From positions 32,001 through 96,000 of IMG/VR virus record IMGVR_UViG_3300030330_005258: a stretch of 64,000 nt of DNA. One strand, 5' to 3'. Position numbers and translations under genes: made by a program. The stretch comes from a virus. Its lineage: Duplodnaviria > Caudoviricetes. The notes beneath the pieces were generated by a model. That model searched no databases and was not told the DNA's origin. It saw only the letters and a list, made by a program, of their open reading frames with translations. This document shows, in pieces, positions 15,853 to 23,766 of the stretch (position 1 is its first letter; the number at the start of each line of letters is the position of its first letter).

Positions 15853-16545
15853 ATGAAATTAATAATTGAAAACTTTAGAAAGTTCTTGGCAGAACAAAAT
15901 TTTATTTCTGATATTCCACTAGAACAAGATGAAGAAGGGAACATAATTCTTTATCATGTCTCCGGTGCTGAAGATATTGAAGAATTAGATCCTGACGTTG
16001 CTGCAAAGAATCTCAAGAATTATACTACTGCCGAATATAGAACCTGGGACAGACCCAGAGTTTTCTTTTTTACTCGTCTCGGACAAGAAGACACAGGAAT
16101 TGGACAGATACAGGGTATCCCTTATCGCGTTAGGTTGAAGCCAAACCAATTGTATCCAATTATGGAAGACCCAGCAGGGCTGTCTTCAAAACAAGAGCAA
16201 CAGAATTGGATGGAAGAGAACGTTCCAGAGTTTGCTGAAAGAGCACAAGAGGCAGAAAAGTGTTCTAATTCTGAGCGTTATGGACAATACCACATTTGTT
16301 CTAAGACACCTGATTCGGACGGATTATACTTTACGGACGAACGTTTTGCAGGTAAAAAGTTTCTTGTAGATAATCCCAAATTTCATCATCTCAAACCAAA
16401 TACATACGAAATGGTTGCACAACTTGCAGAAGAGCGTTATAATAGTATAGGGTTTATTTACCCACAAAGTGGCGAAAAAGATAACCAGATTGTTGTTTTG
16501 TGGCGTAAAGTTCCAGCAGAAAAACTAGATAAAGACTTTTATTAG
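15853..16545 (+). CDS. leader-bearing protein, ART-like fold
   Basis: Leader MKLIIENFRKFLAE; ILYHVS...LDP...RVFFF...YRVRL...GFIY. Confidence 0.6.
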   Translation: MKLIIENFRKFLAEQNFISDIPLEQDEEGNIILYHVSGAEDIEELDPDVAAKNLKNYTTAEYRTWDRPRVFFFTRLGQEDTGIGQIQGIPYRVRLKPNQLYPIMEDPAGLSSKQEQQNWMEENVPEFAERAQEAEKCSNSERYGQYHICSKTPDSDGLYFTDERFAGKKFLVDNPKFHHLKPNTYEMVAQLAEERYNSIGFIYPQSGEKDNQIVVLWRKVPAEKLDKDFY

Positions 16546-16553
16546 GAGTTAAA

Positions 16554-16805
16554 ATGCACGTTGGAAAAACTGTTTGGGCACCATACGGAAATACTGGTTT
16601 CCGCTGCGGCACAGTCGTAGAGGAACAAATGTGTGATGGTTGGAAATATGTTAAAGTTGATTGGGTTGACGATCACGAATTTAAAATGGATCGTCAAAGA
16701 CTAATTGACTTGCGCGGAAAGGATTGTCGTTCCGACTGGAGCAGGATAGATAAAGTAAATGTGTTTGATAAAGAAACAATGATTGAAAAAATAAATAAAT
16801 TATAA
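16554..16805 (+). CDS. small SH3/Tudor-like protein
   Basis: HVGKTVW...GTVVEE...VKVDWV; AGGAG RBS. Confidence 0.55.
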   Translation: MHVGKTVWAPYGNTGFRCGTVVEEQMCDGWKYVKVDWVDDHEFKMDRQRLIDLRGKDCRSDWSRIDKVNVFDKETMIEKINKL

Positions 16806-16826
16806 GAATGGTGTTCTGCCCTGACC

Positions 16827-16944
16827 GGCTCGGCGGGGATAATATGGTAATTAGGTCCATACCTATCACGACCTATCGGCTTCTAAACCCGTAGTTAAAA
16901 TGTAGGTTAGCTGCGGTGAGCAAGAGACCCGCAACCGAGTCACC
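16827..16944 (+). ncRNA. candidate cloverleaf/tRNA-like structured RNA
   Basis: 7-bp closing stem GGCTCGG/CCGAGTC followed by ACC, enclosing hairpins TATGG/CCATA, GACCTA/TAGGTT and TGCGG/CCGCA, in an ORF-free gap. Confidence 0.4.
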
Positions 16945-16958
16945 CTTTGGAGATTTGT

Positions 16959-17162
16959 ATGCATAGGTTTCGTGTTGATGAGTGGGTAATGTACCACCAA
17001 TTCCCTGCTGCTGATGCCGAGTGGTTGAGAAAAGGAAAGAGGGCAGTCATACTGGAGCATCTGGAAAACGGTAAATACAGAATTTATATAGATGATCCCG
17101 ACCTTGATGAACAGTGGAGAATAAAAAAGGTAAATGAAGCAGTTCTTAAACCTATTGACTAA
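16959..17162 (+). CDS. small SH3/KOW-like protein
   Basis: FRVDEWVMY...RAVILE...YRIYID. Confidence 0.55.
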   Translation: MHRFRVDEWVMYHQFPAADAEWLRKGKRAVILEHLENGKYRIYIDDPDLDEQWRIKKVNEAVLKPID

Positions 17163-17226
17163 TTACTTTCGGGCGTGCCCTGTCTGTGGATGCGACCCGT
17201 GTGATTGTTATGATCAGGATTATTAG
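17134..17226 (+). CDS. 30-aa Cys-rich micro-protein (not in ORF track)
   Basis: MKQFLNLLTNYFRACPVCGCDPCDCYDQDY; AAGGT RBS. Confidence 0.45.
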   Translation: MKQFLNLLTNYFRACPVCGCDPCDCYDQDY

Positions 17227-18148
17227 TTTATTATTTTTATTTATCTTTGCCGCTTCTTGCGGTCCTGATTACTCTGTTATAACGAAAGAAAACATAGAAG
17301 TAATCCAAGAAGAACAGATACAAATACAAATAGAAGCACCTGAAACCGAAGTCGTAATTGACTTCTTTGAACAACCGGAAAGACCAGAAAACCTAGACGT
17401 CTTAGTTGTTCTTGATACTTCCTGTTCTATGTCAGATAATTTTGAGAACGTATCAATAGGCTTGGACATCTTGAGAGGAGACATCGAACTTCTCACTTAC
17501 GACTATCAAATGGCTTTCATCAACAGTACGTTGAGGGAGCCATATTTTGCTGGTGTTATTGGTCCCGACACTACATCAATGGAAATATATCTCGCCCCTT
17601 ATAGCCTCGGTGTAGACAACGGCAGCGAAGCTCCTTTTACAAGTCTTTATAACTTTACCACAACCCCGGAAGGGTTGGAATTTTTAAGACCAAATGTCGC
17701 CAAGCTGTATATATTTGTCTCTGATGAACCAGAACAAAGCATAATGCCGGTGTCTTTGTTTAAAGAGTGGATGGATGAATACCACGAAGACGTAATTTAT
17801 GATGTCATAGTCATAGGGATAAACGAACAGAGCGATTGTGATTCATATTATGAGCCAGATCCAGATGATGAAAATAGATTTTTAATTTTTGCCAATTATT
17901 ACAATAAAATGATTATTGATATATGTGGCGACTTTCAATTAGCTTTAGCAGAAAACAGCTTTTTGGTCAAACCCATAACTTATATGGCACTATCTAGATT
18001 TCCAATAGAAGAATCAATTGTTGTTTATCAAAATGGTATTAAAGAAGAAGATTGGTACTATTTAGCATCTACCAACACTGTATATTTTGAGTTTGAAATC
18101 CTTGAAGGTGCAGCGATAAAAATTGGTTATGAGACATTAACAAATTAA
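17210..18148 (+). CDS. vWA-domain lipoprotein
   Basis: Lipobox FAAS-C; MIDAS DTSCSMSD; FVSDEPEQS. Confidence 0.8.
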   Translation: MIRIISLLFLFIFAASCGPDYSVITKENIEVIQEEQIQIQIEAPETEVVIDFFEQPERPENLDVLVVLDTSCSMSDNFENVSIGLDILRGDIELLTYDYQMAFINSTLREPYFAGVIGPDTTSMEIYLAPYSLGVDNGSEAPFTSLYNFTTTPEGLEFLRPNVAKLYIFVSDEPEQSIMPVSLFKEWMDEYHEDVIYDVIVIGINEQSDCDSYYEPDPDDENRFLIFANYYNKMIIDICGDFQLALAENSFLVKPITYMALSRFPIEESIVVYQNGIKEEDWYYLASTNTVYFEFEILEGAAIKIGYETLTN

Positions 18149-18787
18149 ATGATTACAGCAATGGGCGATGTAATGCGCGAAGCCTACAAGCGCAACTGGA
18201 TTACTACTCGTGACGGAAACTGTGCTGTCAGAATAAAAGGTTCTAACACAATATATCTAACGCCGTCTGGTATTAGAAAAACACTTATTTGTCCAGAGAT
18301 GATCGTTAGATTGACTCTTGGGGAAGAAATGCAGTTCAGCAGCAGTATGAATCTTCAGGTAACAGGTGAGTGGGATATGCATTACAGAATATTAAAAGAC
18401 GCCAAGCTTAGTACAAGCTCTGTGCATCTTCATCCACCGAATATAGTTGCTGCAATGTACGCAGGGTGGGACTTAGAAGAAATGGTTAAGCCATTTCCAG
18501 AAGTTTTTCGTTATACTCGTGTGGGACATAATGTTGCGGCTTGGCAGGCTCTATCAAAAGAGCTTGCGCAACACACCGCTCAAAATCTTGGTATTGAGGA
18601 CGGAATAAGAAAATTTGATATCGTTGGGCAAAAGAACCATGGCGTCACAGCCGTGGGCAAAAATCCTTGGGAAGCGTTTGAGCACATAGAAAGAGTTGAA
18701 CACATTTGTCAGATTGTGTTAGCATCAGGTGTGAACCCCCCAGGGAAGAAAAATGGAAAATTTGAAAAACTGTTTGGTGCTTTTTGA
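18149..18787 (+). CDS. class II aldolase/adducin family protein
   Basis: DGNCAVR, TPSG, E..MH..I, HLHP, NHGV. Confidence 0.88.
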   Translation: MITAMGDVMREAYKRNWITTRDGNCAVRIKGSNTIYLTPSGIRKTLICPEMIVRLTLGEEMQFSSSMNLQVTGEWDMHYRILKDAKLSTSSVHLHPPNIVAAMYAGWDLEEMVKPFPEVFRYTRVGHNVAAWQALSKELAQHTAQNLGIEDGIRKFDIVGQKNHGVTAVGKNPWEAFEHIERVEHICQIVLASGVNPPGKKNGKFEKLFGAF

Positions 18788-19577
18788 TGTTGATGGGACA
18801 TTAACTGAAGCAAGACAACGTATTAATAAAAATATGCTCGCAAGTTTGCGAGAGTTGTCTTTTAACACAGAGATAGGTTTGTTAACCGGCTCGGGTCTTG
18901 ATTACATTAAAGAACAATTGTGGCCATTGTTGGCAGACCCAGAACTAAGCCTTAATTGTCACATACTTCCCTGCAATGGCATTGAATATTATATTCCAAA
19001 TCCAGAATCACCCGGCAATTTTATTGAAATACACCGAAACAATATGGAAGCCAAGTTGGGTTTTGAAACTTTCCAATTTATCATGAAAACAATCATGAAG
19101 ATTCAGTCGCAGATAGCTGAATCAGATTACGATATTTCTTTTACAGGGCACCACATTCAAAACCGTGGCTCCACTCTAAACTGGTCGCCGATTGGTCGCA
19201 ACGCTCAGCATGGTGACCGACAGCAATTCAAAGCAATGGACAAAATTTATGGTATTAGAAGTCTTGCTATTCATAAATTTAGAGAAACTATGTTGCACCA
19301 TGGTATACACGATGTTACAATAAAGTTGGGCGGCGATACATCATTTGATATTTACCCCCGAGGCTGGGATAAAAGATACGCACTAAAGCATTTTCCAGAG
19401 ACTGATTGGGACGTATTTTTTGTTGGTGATAGGTGCCATCCTGACGGAAATGATTTTGAAATATATCAACATCTCTCGCCCCTTGGAAGATCCTTTGAAA
19501 CAAGTGGTCCCGAAGAAACTATAGAGATTATTGATGTACATCTGTACAAACAGCTTGGAAACCCAAGTAACTATTAA
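18753..19577 (+). CDS. phosphomannomutase, eukaryote-type HAD family
   Basis: FDVDGTLT, NWSPIGRN, GGDTSFDIYP.GWDK, FVGD...GNDFEIY. Confidence 0.85.
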   Translation: MENLKNCLVLFDVDGTLTEARQRINKNMLASLRELSFNTEIGLLTGSGLDYIKEQLWPLLADPELSLNCHILPCNGIEYYIPNPESPGNFIEIHRNNMEAKLGFETFQFIMKTIMKIQSQIAESDYDISFTGHHIQNRGSTLNWSPIGRNAQHGDRQQFKAMDKIYGIRSLAIHKFRETMLHHGIHDVTIKLGGDTSFDIYPRGWDKRYALKHFPETDWDVFFVGDRCHPDGNDFEIYQHLSPLGRSFETSGPEETIEIIDVHLYKQLGNPSNY

Positions 19578-19612
19578 AACTTGAATTATATAGTTCCTAT
19601 TTATTAGGAGTC

Positions 19613-20119
19613 ATGTCCAAAGAGTTCAATATGAAAACCCTAAAACTTGATTCCACCTATAGACCAATAGGTGTTATTGACTGTCTTGAAGCACTTGTGA
19701 TGTGTATTGTTGGGAAGGCGACAGCAGTTGAGGAGTACGAAGAACAAATATCTTCTCCGTCCGTCACTTTTAATCTGCCATCGGTGATAGTGCTAAAAAC
19801 AGTAGTTAAATTTATCAGTCGTGGTGTAAAACCCTCCAGAAAGAATATACTTTGGAGAGACAATGGGCAATGTCAGTATTGTGGTATAATTGAGGCACAA
19901 AAGGATATGACCATTGATCACATTGTTCCTCGTTGTCGTGGTGGCGAAAATACTTGGACAAACTTGGTAACTTGTTGCAAAAAGTGTAATCAAAAAAAGA
20001 GAGACCGAACACCACAAGAAGCAGATATGAAACTTCGCAAAAAACCAGTTAAACCAAAAACATCGCTACTTAGATATACAAACGAGATTGTTCCTATATG
20101 GAATATATACTTGTGGTAA
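19613..20119 (+). CDS. HNH endonuclease (McrA-like)
   Basis: RD..CQYC...TIDHIVP...GG..W.NLVTCCKKCNQKK. Confidence 0.9.
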   Translation: MSKEFNMKTLKLDSTYRPIGVIDCLEALVMCIVGKATAVEEYEEQISSPSVTFNLPSVIVLKTVVKFISRGVKPSRKNILWRDNGQCQYCGIIEAQKDMTIDHIVPRCRGGENTWTNLVTCCKKCNQKKRDRTPQEADMKLRKKPVKPKTSLLRYTNEIVPIWNIYLW

Positions 20120-20217
20120 CCGCAGCATCGTCGGCAATAACGGTGGGAGGCTGCCTGATCCAAACGTCGGCAGAGGTTTTCGGTCATCCTACATTCTAGA
20201 TACAAAACCGATCTTCC
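20119..20217 (+). ncRNA. candidate three-way-junction RNA between HNH and phoH
   Basis: P1 GGGAGG/TCTTCC, P2 CTGCC/GGCAG, P3 GGTTTT/AAAACC; weak upstream hairpin ACCG/CGGT. Confidence 0.4.
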
Positions 20218-20254
20218 TTTGGCTATACTATTTACAGCAGTCATAGGAGACTAA

Positions 20255-21583
20255 ATGGCTAAGAAAAACTATGTCCTTGATACTAGTGTGTACCTAACAG
20301 ACGCTGATGCACTATTCAAGTTTGACAATCACGACATCTTCATCCCTCTCAAGGTTCTTGAAGAAATCGATAAGCACAAGAAGCGTCAAGATTCTGTTGG
20401 AATCAACGCTCGAAAGATCATTAGAACGCTTGACGAACTGCGTGCAAAAGGTAATCTACAAAAGGGCGCAAGACTCGGTAAGGGTAAGGGCGTTCTTAAG
20501 GCTGTCTCTTATGAAGTTTTAAAAGATGTTGTCTTTCCTTCTGATCTCGACCTAAGCATACCCGATCACATGATCATTGCAACCGCGACGGCGGTGCGCC
20601 AAGAGTCCACCCGCAAGACTTGCGTTGTGTCTCGTGACATTAACATGCGCGTCATCTGTGATTCAATTGGTATGCCATCCGAAGACTACACAACAGAGCG
20701 CGTTGTACATTCTTCAGACGAACTCTACTCTGGTTTGGCTGTACATCTTGTAGATGATCAGGTAATCGATCGCTTCTATGACGACGAAGATATTTTGATC
20801 GGAGAGGACGAAGTAGAAGGAGAATGGCACCCAAACCAGTATGTGCTTATGGTATCCAATGCCAATGAGAAAAAAACATGTTTAGGGCGCTTCTATACCC
20901 ATTTTCAGCCCATAAAAAAAATAGTCCACTCCAAGATACCTGATTGGAAAATATCATCAAGAAACAAGGAGCAGGCGTTCGCAATTGACCTTCTTATGGA
21001 TCCGTCTGTAAAGGTTGTGTCACTTGTTGGGCGTGCTGGTTCTGGTAAGACTCTGTGTGCGATTGCTGCCGGACTGCAACAGACGATTGGTCTGAGGGAA
21101 AATCCATATGATCGGATGATTGTCTCGCGCCCCGTTCAGCCACTTGGCAAGGACATTGGTTTCTTGCCTGGAACGATGGAAGAAAAGATGCTTCCTTGGC
21201 TGATGCCCATCCAAGATAACCTTCAGTTTTTGGTTGGAGGCAACAGAAACACGCTCCAGATGTACATGGACCAAGGCAAGATTGAAATCGAAGCACTAAC
21301 CTACATACGCGGACGCTCCATCGCAAACGCTTTTATTATAATAGATGAAGCACAAAACTTAACAGCACACGAAATTAAGACTATAATGACTCGTGTGGGT
21401 GAAGGAACCAAAATTGTGCTTACAGGTGACATAGAACAAATTGATAACGTGTATGTGAACGAGACCTCTAACGGTCTTGCACATGCGGTTGAGAAGTTTA
21501 AGGAATATCCTATCGCTGGGCATGTCACCTTCACAAAGGGCGAGCGGTCCGAAGTTGCCACACTTGCGTCAAAGGTATTGTAA
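20255..21583 (+). CDS. phoH: PIN-PhoH (PhoH2/YlaK-like) protein
   Basis: YVLDTSV PIN domain, SRDINMR; GRAGSGKT, GFLPG, RGRSI, DEAQN, GD..QID. Confidence 0.93.
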   Translation: MAKKNYVLDTSVYLTDADALFKFDNHDIFIPLKVLEEIDKHKKRQDSVGINARKIIRTLDELRAKGNLQKGARLGKGKGVLKAVSYEVLKDVVFPSDLDLSIPDHMIIATATAVRQESTRKTCVVSRDINMRVICDSIGMPSEDYTTERVVHSSDELYSGLAVHLVDDQVIDRFYDDEDILIGEDEVEGEWHPNQYVLMVSNANEKKTCLGRFYTHFQPIKKIVHSKIPDWKISSRNKEQAFAIDLLMDPSVKVVSLVGRAGSGKTLCAIAAGLQQTIGLRENPYDRMIVSRPVQPLGKDIGFLPGTMEEKMLPWLMPIQDNLQFLVGGNRNTLQMYMDQGKIEIEALTYIRGRSIANAFIIIDEAQNLTAHEIKTIMTRVGEGTKIVLTGDIEQIDNVYVNETSNGLAHAVEKFKEYPIAGHVTFTKGERSEVATLASKVL

Positions 21584-22023
21584 TGTTTATCCAAATCATT
21601 CTAGGAATCTTTGCAGCTTCGTTTATTGAGTGGATAGTTCACAAACACATCTTACATGAGCTAGGAAAAAAGAAAGTATCAATTTTTTCTTTTCACTGGG
21701 GTGTCCACCACGCCCATGCTAGAAGAAATAATTTTCTTGATAGCAACATATCTGCTAGGGAAGCATTCGGGGTTTTTAGCCTTTGTGTTCTTGCATTACC
21801 AATTTTATTCTTGCTTCCTTTCATGTATTATGTTATGTTATTACATGCTGCTGCCTATTATGTTTTACATACGGTAGCACATCGATATCCAAGCTTTGCT
21901 AAAAAGTGGATGCCTTGGCACTATGATCATCACATGGGCAAGAACCAAAACATGAACTGGTGTGTCGTTCACCCGCTAGCAGACTGGATTATGAAAACAA
22001 GGATAAAATATGACTACGAGTAA
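21583..22023 (+). CDS. fatty-acid hydroxylase/sterol desaturase family membrane protein
   Basis: His boxes HKHILH, HHAH, HTVAH, HYDHH between TM segments. Confidence 0.8.
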   Translation: MFIQIILGIFAASFIEWIVHKHILHELGKKKVSIFSFHWGVHHAHARRNNFLDSNISAREAFGVFSLCVLALPILFLLPFMYYVMLLHAAAYYVLHTVAHRYPSFAKKWMPWHYDHHMGKNQNMNWCVVHPLADWIMKTRIKYDYE

Positions 22024-22306
22024 TAATGAAGTCTCCGTTGGAGACAATGTAAATGTCGGAGCAAACGTTGTAGTTGCTGCCGAAAACCCTCTAAAGCAAA
22101 TGTTGCTGGAATACGTTGGCAATAAGTATGCGACAGAAGAGGACGAAGGTGAGTTTGAAGTCACAGTCCAAATGATTGTAGACACGCTTGCACATGAATT
22201 CCCAGAGTTCGTCATGATTATGGCAGAAGAGAACTGGGTGAGAGGATATCAACAAGGAATAGACGATGCCACTAAGTTACCTCCAACAACGCCAACAGAT
22301 GCTTGA
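22010..22306 (+). CDS. hypothetical phage protein
   Basis: Coupled ORF; EENWVRGYQQGIDD. Confidence 0.6.
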   Translation: MTTSNNEVSVGDNVNVGANVVVAAENPLKQMLLEYVGNKYATEEDEGEFEVTVQMIVDTLAHEFPEFVMIMAEENWVRGYQQGIDDATKLPPTTPTDA

Positions 22307-22955
22307 GCAATCAAATAATTTTTATACACCCTCGGGCATTCATGTCTATACCAAAGACGAAATGATGAATGACCTTGTTGATTTGGAGGGGGTTGTTTCA
22401 AAATTAGAAGCGACCCTCCCAGATCATCTAAGGGATGGTGTGGAAATGATCATTGTTGGTCAGTTTGATGAGTTTGCTGAAAGAGACATAAACGCATTCT
22501 ACAAGGATGGCGCCCTATATGTCTCTAATTTTCAAACCGATAACGACGACTTACTTGATGATTTAATTCATGAGACAGCACACTCTGTTGAAGAACAATA
22601 TGGAATGGAAATATACGCAGATCAAAAAATAAAAAATGAGTTTTTGAGAAAGCGAGAACACTTATACAATATCTTGTCAAAAATGAATATGGCGACAGAC
22701 AAACAGAGATTCATGGATACTGAATACGAACAGGAATTTGATGAATACCTCTTTAATGATGTAGGCTATGATAAATTGTCTGAGATATTAAAGGGTGTTG
22801 TTGTAACTCCCTACGCTATGACTTCGTTGCGAGAGTATTTCGCAACAGCATTTACAGAGTTTTACTTCCAGCCTGACTCTCATAATTACATAAAGAAGGT
22901 ATCTCCAGAGCTTTACAGAAAGCTCGCCATGTTACACCAAGAAGGAGACACTTGA
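22299..22955 (+). CDS. zinc metallopeptidase (lethal-factor/ATLF-like)
   Basis: IHETAH ... YAMTSLREYFATAF. Confidence 0.65.
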   Translation: MLEQSNNFYTPSGIHVYTKDEMMNDLVDLEGVVSKLEATLPDHLRDGVEMIIVGQFDEFAERDINAFYKDGALYVSNFQTDNDDLLDDLIHETAHSVEEQYGMEIYADQKIKNEFLRKREHLYNILSKMNMATDKQRFMDTEYEQEFDEYLFNDVGYDKLSEILKGVVVTPYAMTSLREYFATAFTEFYFQPDSHNYIKKVSPELYRKLAMLHQEGDT

Positions 22956-22980
22956 CATTTGCACCAGAGGGTGTTATATT
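22952..22980 (+). promoter_or_regulatory. sigma70-type promoter
   Basis: TTGACA-N17-TATATT with TG, before GGAG RBS of 23000. Confidence 0.7.
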
Positions 22981-22999
22981 AGGGGTATAGGAGATTACT

Positions 23000-23758
23000 A
23001 TGCCCCATATTTCGTTCTCGGCATTAAAAGATTGGAACACCTGCGCTTGGTATCACAAGCTAACGCGCATTGACAAGGTAAAAGGCTTCACTGGCAACGC
23101 CTTCACAGCATTTGGAAATGCCATCCATGATGTCTGTGAGAAGAAGCTGCTCAAAGAAGAGATTGAAGAGGAAGACTATTTCCTCAAAAGGTTTGAACAT
23201 TTTCTTGGGACTCTTGATGAAGAGCCAGATCAGAAGCTCGTATCGGACATGCGCTCACAAGGCAAAGCCATTCTGCCTGAGATTGAAGATGCGCTTGAAG
23301 ATTACTTCGGAGAGTATGAAGTACTTGGCTCCGAGATTCCACTTGATGAACCAATTGAAGGTGAAGACAAATTTATTTTCAAGGGCTACATCGACGGCGT
23401 TATTGCCACTCCCGATGGTAAGATTCATATCTTCGACTGGAAGACTTGTTCTTGGGGCTGGGATGCCAAGCGCCGTAGTGCCCCAATGACTACTTACCAG
23501 CTTACCCTTTACAAGTATTTCTTTGCTCGTAAGATGGAAATTGATCCAAAGAATATTGAGACGCACTTCGCCCTGCTCAAGAGAACATCGAAGAAAGATA
23601 AAGTTGAATTTTTCAGAGTAACGTCTGGTCCGAGAAAGACTGAGAACGCTACAAAACTTTTGAAAAAAGCACTATACAATATCAAGAACAAGAGATACAT
23701 TAAGAACAGACTTTCTTGTAAGTTTTGTGAATTTAACAAAACAGAGCATTGTATGTAG
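23000..23758 (+). CDS. PD-(D/E)xK exonuclease (Cas4/RecB-like)
   Basis: ISFSAL..WNTC, FG..IH, E...GYID...DWKT, YQL.LY, CKFC...C. Confidence 0.88.
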   Translation: MPHISFSALKDWNTCAWYHKLTRIDKVKGFTGNAFTAFGNAIHDVCEKKLLKEEIEEEDYFLKRFEHFLGTLDEEPDQKLVSDMRSQGKAILPEIEDALEDYFGEYEVLGSEIPLDEPIEGEDKFIFKGYIDGVIATPDGKIHIFDWKTCSWGWDAKRRSAPMTTYQLTLYKYFFARKMEIDPKNIETHFALLKRTSKKDKVEFFRVTSGPRKTENATKLLKKALYNIKNKRYIKNRLSCKFCEFNKTEHCM

Positions 23759-23766
23759 AGGAATTG

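Noticed and set aside
16877-16892. TTCTAAA loop read as an amber-suppressor (CUA) tRNA, implying stop-codon recoding
   Set aside because: Anticodon stem does not pair canonically, there is no T-loop, and TAG terminates genes normally (e.g. 5450, 7478, 41494).
19613-20217. HNH plus RNA as an IscB/OMEGA-type element
   Set aside because: Protein is only about 165 aa with no RuvC motifs or PLMP N-terminus, and no transposon ends are visible; kept only as an unexplained RNA.
23000-23758. Cas4-like nuclease as a sign of CRISPR-Cas
   Set aside because: No repeat-spacer array or other cas genes seen; stand-alone Cas4-like exonucleases are common in phages.
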